Below, one piece after another: positions 1-7,210 of a stretch of DNA of 64,000 nt (the stretch's first letter is position 1; each line of letters begins with the position of its first letter). This DNA is from a virus (taxonomy: Duplodnaviria > Heunggongvirae > Uroviricota > Caudoviricetes): IMG/VR virus record IMGVR_UViG_3300029288_000055, positions 234,764 through 298,763 of that record. One strand, written 5' to 3'. The translations under genes and the position numbers were made by a program. Below the pieces are notes generated by a model. The model made no database searches. It saw nothing but the letters and a program-made list of their open reading frames with translations, and was not told where the DNA came from.

Positions 1-111
1 TATTGGCTTTTAAAATTTCCACAAATGTAATTTTAAAATATAAAACTGAATTAACACAAACAAATAAATTTTGGAAAATTTGGTATGATAAACTATTAAA
101 AAAATTGTAAT

Positions 112-1014
112 ATGATTTCAGAAAGAGCAAAACGAGTAGGACTCAAAGAATTAGCAATTTTCGATTATTTCGAAATTGACAGAGATTTACCAAAATATCA
201 AAAAGACAATCAGGGCAATGTTATTGCTGGTATGGTATATTCAAATACCATTACTGTTGATGCAGGTACTGTCCCACAGGCATGGGTTGCTGTTGGCGGA
301 AATAACGGTGAAGTTGATAATAGCCGTGAAAGAATTAGTTTAAAAACAAGATTTGCAAACTGGTTACTTTCAGGACGATCAACAAAAACTGAAAAAGCAC
401 CGACAAAAAAAATCACCATTGTAGAATTCTTTACAAGTCTCACAAAGAACTATGAAGAACTCTCACCAATTGGAGAAATTGCCGAGCATTATGAACAGGC
501 ACTTCTTCAAGCAAAAACAATGGGTCAGACAGCATTGCTGGAAAGACTTAAAGACTGTATTGATGCAGCAAGGGGCGAAGCACATCTGGTTGCAATGGGA
601 CTGAAAAAATACGTCACCGAAAAACAAGTTTGCACTCTTTATGAAAAAGTTGGTGCTGATAAAAATCTCAAACTGACTTGGATAAAGAACTTTGGTAGAA
701 TAATCCCAGAAGCAGTATATGAGATTAAAAAAGATGTTGATGAAAGAAAAATCTTTGATAACTATGTAATACTGCATTATGACCCAAAAGATAATGGCGA
801 GAAACTTACCAAGAAAGAAAAGGAAAAGAAGAAAGACCCAATACTTTTTGGTGTGATAAAGAACAGTAAGAAACTGTATTTCATTGCAGACTGGAAAGAT
901 GAATATTGCGATCTGACTCTTGATGAAATGTTTAAAATATTAAAAGAAAAAGTATTGAAAATCAACAACACTACTGTAAAATCATATATTGACAGCATTA
1001 AAGTCGAAGAATAA
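112..1014 (+). CDS. Conserved-looking phage hypothetical protein (300 aa)
   Basis: Long ORF on the coding strand; no family recognised with confidence. Confidence 0.75.
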   Translation: MISERAKRVGLKELAIFDYFEIDRDLPKYQKDNQGNVIAGMVYSNTITVDAGTVPQAWVAVGGNNGEVDNSRERISLKTRFANWLLSGRSTKTEKAPTKKITIVEFFTSLTKNYEELSPIGEIAEHYEQALLQAKTMGQTALLERLKDCIDAARGEAHLVAMGLKKYVTEKQVCTLYEKVGADKNLKLTWIKNFGRIIPEAVYEIKKDVDERKIFDNYVILHYDPKDNGEKLTKKEKEKKKDPILFGVIKNSKKLYFIADWKDEYCDLTLDEMFKILKEKVLKINNTTVKSYIDSIKVEE

Positions 1015-1433
1015 TGGGAATGTTCAATGAAATAGCAGCAGAAGCAACTGCAAAACAATTGGAAACAACAATTCTGAATGCAATGCATGGCAGTGATTGG
1101 TCTGATTGCAGAAGTGCAGTAAAAGGATTTGCCAAGAAAAAATTATATCGATGGTATTTAAGTGAGTGCTCAGAAGCATTCATTGAACCAAACCACGAAA
1201 TATTTGCTGAGTTCGAAGATTAAAAATATTAAATAATCATGGGCATACAAAGTATTTTAACTGACTTTCTTGCATATCTTTACGAAAATAATATTGATAT
1301 TCGAGACAAAAAATATGATTGGCAATTCCTTACCAAAGATTTTCTTAAAAAAAGTGGACATGATAATCTTACAAAAAAAGAATTAAAAAGAGCAAAAAAA
1401 TTAATAAAAGGAGAGTTGGGTGAGTTGGCTTAA
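1014..1433 (+). other. Two small hypothetical CDSs (1014-1223, 1239-1433)
   Basis: Tightly packed ORFs with A-rich starts; the second overlaps the 5' end of tRNA-Ser by 24 nt. Confidence 0.6.
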
Positions 1434-1499
1434 ACCACCAGTTTGCTAAACTGACGCACGGGGTAACCCGTGCCGAGGGTTCGAATCCCTCACTCTCCG
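1410..1499 (+). tRNA. tRNA-Ser(GCT)
   Basis: Acceptor GGAGAGT/ACTCTCC, G73, anticodon loop TTGCTAA, long variable arm GCACGGG/CCCGTGC, T loop TTCGAAT. Confidence 0.93.
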
Positions 1500-1504
1500 C
1501 AGAC

Positions 1505-1591
1505 TGCGGATTAGAGAAGTTGGTCTATCTCGCTGGTCTCATAAGCCAGAACCCCCATAAGGGGTCAGGGGTTCGAATCCCTTATCCGCTA
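1505..1591 (+). tRNA. tRNA with CAT anticodon, initiator-like, with atypical long variable arm
   Basis: Acceptor TGCGGAT/ATCCGCT with 1:72 mismatch, A73, loop CTCATAA, extra stem ACCCC-CATAA-GGGGT, T arm AGGGG-TTCGAAT-CCCTT. Confidence 0.85.
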
Positions 1592-1628
1592 CAAAGAAAT
1601 TCCAACATGAAGAATTTTCAAAATTTTT

Positions 1629-1657
1629 GTAACTTTTATTTATTTATATTCGTATAA
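1629..1657 (+). promoter_or_regulatory. ECF-type phage promoter GTAAC-N17-CGTATAA
   Basis: Exact match to the motif repeated 35 times in the window; lies just upstream of ORF 1675. Confidence 0.8.
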
Positions 1658-1674
1658 AAAGAAAATTAAGAATT

Positions 1675-2485
1675 ATGAAAAATCAGTTGAAAGTTGAAAT
1701 AGTAGAAATGTTTGTCGCAAAACCTGACAGAAATAGAGTTTATTTCGGATGCATTAAAAGAAGCAGAAACGAAAAAGGCGAAATGAATCTTTTCAGTCGT
1801 ATTGCTATGCCTGATGGTGATGTACTCTGTGCAAACGAAACAGATCAGTTAGTTCTTGCAAAAAATCTTAACAGCATGGCGGTTATGATACTTGACATGG
1901 ACATTCATAACGATACAGGTATTTCCACCGAAATGTTCAAATTGAAGTTTTATCATAATTAGATGAAAGATTTTGAATTATTGAAAAGAACTTATCCTAT
2001 TTCGGAGTTTGATCGTCCATGCGATGGTCTTTTCTTTATAATGGAAAACAGCACGCCTGAAGAACGAATGACATGGGGCATAAGTGGTAGAGGTATTAAT
2101 GCCAGAGAAGAACTACAACAAAAAATAAAAAAAGGTGAGAAGTACATTTATCAGGTAGCAAAGGATAAGGGTGAATTCAAAGTAATGTGTCTATGTTTTA
2201 GTAATTATATGATAATAAGAAAATATATTTTTAAATTGGAGGACGAATAAAATGAATGATTTTACAAAATTTTGGTTTGAAGGTAATTTATATTTTGGAA
2301 TGGTGAATGATCTTGATGACTTACAAAAAGTATTTCATGAATACGAAACTCACATGACAAAAGACGAAATACTTGATAAAGCAGTAAATAAAGATGAAAC
2401 TCTTACTGAATTTGGATTAAGGTTAGAACATCATGGTAAAGTAACACTACGTCAATTTTTAACAGATAAAGGAATTAAAATATAA
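1675..2485 (+). other. Three hypothetical CDSs (1675-1962, 1963-2250, 2252-2485)
   Basis: Abutting ORFs; the first ends in TAG immediately followed in frame by the ATG of the second. Confidence 0.65.
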
Positions 2486-2549
2486 AAAAAATTTACTGAG
2501 ATAGCAAAAAAACATCATTGGTATAAATTACTTAATGCAAAAAATAAAT

Positions 2550-2621
2550 GCTTCCATGACCGAATGGCTATGGTATCGGTCTCTAAAACCGAGTGTGCGG
2601 GTTCGATTCCTGCTGGAAGCA
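2550..2621 (+). tRNA. Amber suppressor tRNA (anticodon CTA), tRNA-Trp-like anticodon arm
   Basis: Acceptor GCTTCCA/TGGAAGC, A73; anticodon arm TCGGT-CTCTAAA-ACCGA; variable GTGT; T arm GCGGG-TTCGATT-CCTGC. Confidence 0.92.
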
Positions 2622-2635
2622 CAAAAAAATTAATT

Positions 2636-2779
2636 ATGAAAACATTAAAAAAAGAAAAACTGAACGAAATTTTAGATTTAATTGTTTCTGAAGACCCATA
2701 TTGTGGAGTTGATGGTCAAGAAGAAGCATTATCAAAATTAATTGAATATCTAAATGAAAATGATATTGAAGTTAAATAA
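2636..2779 (+). CDS. Small hypothetical protein (47 aa)
   Basis: ATG 2636 has an A-rich leader; the ORF-track start at 2564 lies inside the tRNA. Confidence 0.55.
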   Translation: MKTLKKEKLNEILDLIVSEDPYCGVDGQEEALSKLIEYLNENDIEVK

Positions 2780-2876
2780 ATGGATAAATATTTGGAAATT
2801 AAAAAACTTTGATTAATTTTGTATCTCAATAGTATTTATAAGTCTACAGAGTAATATTAATTTAAAACAAAAAACG

Positions 2877-3227
2877 ATGAAGTAGGTAAAATTAGTAACA
2901 ATCACAAGAAAAGACCTCTATGCAGGTTATCAGTTAGTGCAGACTGCGCATTCAGTTGCGGAATTCGCACATCAATATCCAGATCAGTTCAATGACTGGA
3001 AACAAAATTCTAATTACATTATTTCGTTATCTGTCGATAACGAAGAGAAACTTCAAAGACTATTTTACAAATTACAGGACAATGGTGCTGATGTCGTTGC
3101 ATTCACAGAACCCGACATTAACGATCAGTTGACCAGTATTTGTTATTATGGTACGCCTGAAATGCGAAAATTAACAGACAAGTTAGATTTAGCACTTGAA
3201 GAAGTTAATGTCGCAACTAATAATTAA
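2877..3227 (+). CDS. Peptidyl-tRNA hydrolase (Pth2-like fold) with in-frame amber codon at codon 3
   Basis: ATG AAG TAG GTA AAA... is in frame with ORF 2937-3227. Read-through gives MK*VKLVTITRKDLYAGYQLVQTAHSVAEF...W...VVAFTEPDINDQLTSI, matching Pth2-like motifs (RKDL, QxxH, FxEPD, LT). Confidence 0.8.
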
Positions 3228-3250
3228 ACTTGCAACTAAATTTAAAAGCT

Positions 3251-3286
3251 ATGAAACACTTATAGATGACAACCAGACCCCCGTAA
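3251..3286 (+). CDS. Amber-containing leader minigene MKHL*MTTRPP*
   Basis: ATG AAA CAC TTA TAG ATG ACA ACC AGA CCC CCG TAA after the A-rich leader TTTAAAAGCT; followed by hairpins. Confidence 0.6.
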
Positions 3287-3414
3287 TGATGTGCATTACA
3301 CCAGATTCGCAATTCGCAAATCACGAACGAATCGATTACATAAAATACGTAACGTAAAATATGTAATATACAAAATGTATAATCAATAACAAATAAATTT
3401 TAATACACATTATT

Positions 3415-3747
3415 ATGGAAACAATAGTAAAATTCAATTATGCAAAAATGAAGGAAGACATTAAAACCAAAGCTGAAGAACAGAAGTTCTTAAAAAATCA
3501 GAGAAAAACCATAAAAATAATCGGTGAAAGAGTAATCCCTGCAAAGGATGCCACATACAAACATATGACAAACAGAGAAGACTTACGAATCATGTACGCT
3601 GCTTATGGTTTAGCCAGAGGCAAGAATTTTTCTCAAATCGAAAATCATTATCTTGAAGAAAATCATCCTCTTCAGAAATACCAGAAAAGTATCGATAGAC
3701 TTTTAGAAAAGTATAAGATGCTTGTAAAAGTTGAAACAGTAGAATAA
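3415..3747 (+). CDS. Hypothetical protein with R-x-M-Y-A-A-Y-G-L-A-R-G motif, co-transcribed with the Pth-like gene
   Basis: 110-aa ORF; same unit ends at terminator 3754-3778. Confidence 0.75.
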   Translation: METIVKFNYAKMKEDIKTKAEEQKFLKNQRKTIKIIGERVIPAKDATYKHMTNREDLRIMYAAYGLARGKNFSQIENHYLEENHPLQKYQKSIDRLLEKYKMLVKVETVE

Positions 3748-3753
3748 TGAAAT

Positions 3754-3778
3754 GGGGTGATAACACACCCCTTTTTTT
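3754..3778 (+). terminator. Intrinsic terminator
   Basis: GGGGTG-ATAACA-CACCCC followed by T7. Confidence 0.85.
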
Positions 3779-3850
3779 ATTTTTTTCTTGCATATTTGCT
3801 ACGGATTGTATAATTTTACGAAAAATAATTTTAGAGTTAATATATTTTAT

Positions 3851-4264
3851 ATGATCAAAAATGAAAACGAACATGAAGCATTCACTTCAAAACTTGACAA
3901 AACAATAGATACTAATATTAATAATATTATACTTAATTCAAAAGGTGGATTTTCTGCAGACGATGAAGAATATGAAAACAAAACTGAAGTATCATCAATT
4001 AAACCCCTTGGAGATATTCTTGAAATACCAAAAGTAAAAGAAATTACAACCGAAGTTGAGGCAGACTTAGTACAGCAGAATCAAGAAGAAACAGAACCAA
4101 AAGAACTTACTGAAGAAGAAAAACACGCAAAATTGCTTGAAGCAATTAAGCAATCTCATATCAGATATCATCCCAAAAAACAATTTGGTGTTGCCTATAA
4201 ACAAAAAAGGAAAGCAAAAAATAAGATGCAGAGAAAATCTCGCAAGTTAAGTCGTAAAAAATAA
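3851..4264 (+). CDS. Hypothetical protein with acidic middle and very basic C-terminus
   Basis: ORF track 3788-4264; ATG 3851 is the more plausible start. Confidence 0.65.
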   Translation: MIKNENEHEAFTSKLDKTIDTNINNIILNSKGGFSADDEEYENKTEVSSIKPLGDILEIPKVKEITTEVEADLVQQNQEETEPKELTEEEKHAKLLEAIKQSHIRYHPKKQFGVAYKQKRKAKNKMQRKSRKLSRKK

Positions 4265-5418
4265 TGGCAGTGACAGGATATACAGGCGGTAAAGAACTTA
4301 TACCAAAGAAATCAATAAGGTCTCACTATAGCAAACCTTCTGAAAAAAAACCATATATTATGGCTGATATAAAACCTTTTGAGAAAGAGCAATTACGTGT
4401 TGATCAGGACATTTGGCTTCCACCTTCTACTGGTGATACTCCCAACTGGAATATAGTGGGTGATAATCGCATTAAAAAAGTTTTTAAAATCGAAGTCGGT
4501 AATATACCTGACGAAGAAATCGAAGACTATATAAAAAAGGTTGCAGAGAAATTCAAAGCAGTCGTTCGTCCCATGCCTGACTTAGACTGTGGGATATATC
4601 CAAACGTATATCACGAAAATGAATTATTTTTACTAACTAATATAGAAAAAAAGATGCCAGAACAACCAGATTTACAGAAAATACATGATGCACTTTACCC
4701 TAAGAATAGTGCTCATTACATGCACGTAATACCTAACAGTCATTTTTGGACTGATTTAAGTCAAATCACATATTCAATTCAACATGAATTGGAAAGGCAG
4801 AAACGTGAAGCTGAAGTCAAAGACAATAATTCAATTTATATTGGTGAACCTTTGACCAGAGATTATATATTAATTGGTCTGGGCAACTCACTCATGCGTG
4901 GTTACAATTTAAAACAAGATAAAAACGTAAAACTGAATCCTTCTGATTTTATTATATTTCAATCTATTGAAGATATGATTGTATATGCTCAAAGTGAAAG
5001 ATTTAACTTAGAAGGTTTTAGTAGTATAATTAGTAATACAATTAATGTAGGATTTAACTTAACAAACGGAATTAAAATGGAAAGAGAACATGTTTACAAA
5101 CGTATTGATGGTGAAAGAAACTATCAAGACATAGTAGGAAAGAGTGGTCAACGTGGTGATATTCCAGACGAAGAAAAACCAGTAGCTGAATGGCTTAATT
5201 ATATTGAATACCATTTAAGCAAAGCTAAAGATTGTAATTATCATTTACGTAAAGATAATGCACTTGAAGAATTACGTAAAGTAACTGCACTTGCAGTTCG
5301 TGCTATGGAAATTCATGGTTGTCCTGAAAGAAGAATGCCAAATCGTATTGGCAATATTACAATAAATCCTGATGGCACAACCACTTCTTGTGATAACAAT
5401 TGTGATTGTAAAAAATAA
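4264..5418 (+). CDS. Composite protein: T4-type portal-like segment plus C-terminal MazG-like helical domain
   Basis: KKVFKIEVGNIPDEEIEDYIKKVAEKFK resembles the T4-like portal RxFxIDVGN segment; EELRKVTALAVRAME resembles MazG-like NTP pyrophosphatases. Confidence 0.45.
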   Translation: MAVTGYTGGKELIPKKSIRSHYSKPSEKKPYIMADIKPFEKEQLRVDQDIWLPPSTGDTPNWNIVGDNRIKKVFKIEVGNIPDEEIEDYIKKVAEKFKAVVRPMPDLDCGIYPNVYHENELFLLTNIEKKMPEQPDLQKIHDALYPKNSAHYMHVIPNSHFWTDLSQITYSIQHELERQKREAEVKDNNSIYIGEPLTRDYILIGLGNSLMRGYNLKQDKNVKLNPSDFIIFQSIEDMIVYAQSERFNLEGFSSIISNTINVGFNLTNGIKMEREHVYKRIDGERNYQDIVGKSGQRGDIPDEEKPVAEWLNYIEYHLSKAKDCNYHLRKDNALEELRKVTALAVRAMEIHGCPERRMPNRIGNITINPDGTTTSCDNNCDCKK

Positions 5419-5439
5419 TTCAACTAAAAATTTAATATA

Positions 5440-5553
5440 ATGAAAAAATTCTGGAAAATACTTGGTGTGATATTTGACTGGATATTGATCATATTCTTTG
5501 CAGCCATTCTATTTGGTGGTGGTGCATGGGTTATAAAAAACATATTCTTTTAA
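5440..5553 (+). CDS. Small membrane peptide (37 aa, not in ORF track)
   Basis: MKKFWKILGVIFDWILIIFFAAILFGGGAWVIKNIFF*; single hydrophobic stretch. Confidence 0.5.
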   Translation: MKKFWKILGVIFDWILIIFFAAILFGGGAWVIKNIFF

Positions 5554-5556
5554 TCA

Positions 5557-5919
5557 ATGAAAGATATTGATCTAAATAATACGTATTGGGATAGACTAAG
5601 AGGATACGTAAGCGAACTTCGTGTAGATTCACGTTGGATATTACGTAGTGCTGTTGATGATAAACCATATGGCTCATTAAGAATAGTTTCACATCCTGAT
5701 CTACCATATGGTCAACTTCGTGCTGTATTTACATATGTTGTAAAGATTCGTCCGAAAACAAAAGAAGAAAAAATGCAATCCACTGAAGATTATCAAATGG
5801 AATTAACCGAACTGGAAGTATATTCAGTTGGTGACAATATCAATACTGAAAGCAAAACATATGAAGCACCTTTTAAAGAACTTGAAGAAATGTTTGGTAT
5901 AAAAATATTCGAAAAATGA
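5557..5919 (+). CDS. Hypothetical protein
   Basis: 120-aa ORF in operon context. Confidence 0.7.
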   Translation: MKDIDLNNTYWDRLRGYVSELRVDSRWILRSAVDDKPYGSLRIVSHPDLPYGQLRAVFTYVVKIRPKTKEEKMQSTEDYQMELTELEVYSVGDNINTESKTYEAPFKELEEMFGIKIFEK

Positions 5920-6083
5920 TACAAGCAATTAGAAAAGGATTTGAAATTTTTGGTGATAAAGAATCATTTAGATTATGGTTATCAGAACCCAATTTTGCAA
6001 TGGGTGGTAAAGCACCACTTGAATATGATTGGAATTTCATATATGAAGAACTGATTAGAATTGAATTTGGAGCATTAGCATAA
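5916..6083 (+). CDS. Stand-alone Xre/MbcA/ParS (DUF2384-like) antitoxin C-terminal domain (55 aa, not in ORF track)
   Basis: MIQAIRKGFEIFGDKESFRLWLSEPNFAMGGKAPLEYDWNFIYEELIRIEFGALA; FG...WL..PN.ALGG..P...EL.RIE.G pattern; ATGA overlap with the upstream gene. Confidence 0.7.
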   Translation: MIQAIRKGFEIFGDKESFRLWLSEPNFAMGGKAPLEYDWNFIYEELIRIEFGALA

Positions 6084-6088
6084 TTGAA

Positions 6089-7210
6089 ATGAACATATTT
6101 GAAGAATACGTAATTGGGACTGAAATATTTGTAAATGAAGATGATTGGGAAAATATTGTCCATTTATATTCTCAGGAATATATTATAAAAGAAATGTCAG
6201 ACGCTATTGAATTATTCAATATCAGTCTTCCTTATCGCAACATTTCATCAAGTGAAGTTGAAAATGAATATCATGCGTTAAAAAATCTTGAAATAGAAAA
6301 TTTATTTAAAGAAGGTACTTGGTTAAATAAATTTGAATATAAATACGGATTTATTCCTTTCTATATTGACATCACCAATATTGGCAATAAAGCATCTGAT
6401 TATTTTCATCAGGTCGAACGCTGGAAATGTGATGCAACTGGTTATCCTTCACCACAAAAAACATGGAAAACTGAAAGGTTCAGATTAACATTATTTAAGG
6501 CATTATTTTCACTCAAAGTCAGAGAGATTAATCCACAAGTATTTCGTAACCTGATTTCGCTTAGAAAATATATTGCAGCACAATTCAGACCATCTGCAGC
6601 AAAAATAATATATGATACTTATAAACCAGAAACGGTTCTTGACTTCAGTATGGGATGGGGTGATAGAATACTTGGTGCACATACTTCTCATTATGTAAAG
6701 AAATATGTTGGCATTGACCCCAACATTAATTTATTCAACGGATATAAAAGACAAATCTGCAAATATGATAATGTTTGGGGTAAGATCAAAGAATTTGAAT
6801 TGATTTGTGGACGTGCAGAAGATGAAAGTATTGTATTGAAAGATAAATTTGATATGGTGTTTACATCACCACCATATTTCGATAAAGAAAAATATGATCA
6901 AAGTAATCAACAGTCATATATAATGTATCATGAATTTGATTCTTGGATGAAAGACTTTTTATTTAAATCAATTGAAATACGTACCAAAAATCTTAAACAT
7001 GATGGACTTCTGATAATTAACATCAGTGATATTTACACAAGAAAAAAACAATATAAAATTTGCGATGGTATGAATAATTATATTGCAAGCACAGATCAAT
7101 TTAATTATGTTGGTGCAATAGGATTAAGAATGCCGAAAAGACCAATGAGCATATCATCAGATACTGTTGGTATATTCGGTGAACCCATCTGGATTTGGAA
7201 AAAGAAATAA
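6089..7210 (+). CDS. DNA amino-methyltransferase (N4-C/N6-A class)
   Basis: SAM motif LDFSMGWGDR, GIDPN, catalytic FTSPPY. Confidence 0.85.
   Translation: MNIFEEYVIGTEIFVNEDDWENIVHLYSQEYIIKEMSDAIELFNISLPYRNISSSEVENEYHALKNLEIENLFKEGTWLNKFEYKYGFIPFYIDITNIGNKASDYFHQVERWKCDATGYPSPQKTWKTERFRLTLFKALFSLKVREINPQVFRNLISLRKYIAAQFRPSAAKIIYDTYKPETVLDFSMGWGDRILGAHTSHYVKKYVGIDPNINLFNGYKRQICKYDNVWGKIKEFELICGRAEDESIVLKDKFDMVFTSPPYFDKEKYDQSNQQSYIMYHEFDSWMKDFLFKSIEIRTKNLKHDGLLIINISDIYTRKKQYKICDGMNNYIASTDQFNYVGAIGLRMPKRPMSISSDTVGIFGEPIWIWKKK

Noticed and set aside
1410-1433. Integration site at tRNA-Ser (ORF overlap)
   Set aside because: No duplicated tRNA 3' end and no integrase in the window.
2564-2635. ORF-track N-terminus MAMVSVSKTECAGSIPAGS
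   Set aside because: It is the suppressor tRNA sequence read as protein; the real start is probably 2636.
2937-2939. GTG start for the Pth-like gene
   Set aside because: It would drop the conserved RKDL..G strand and has no A-rich leader, unlike ATG 2877.
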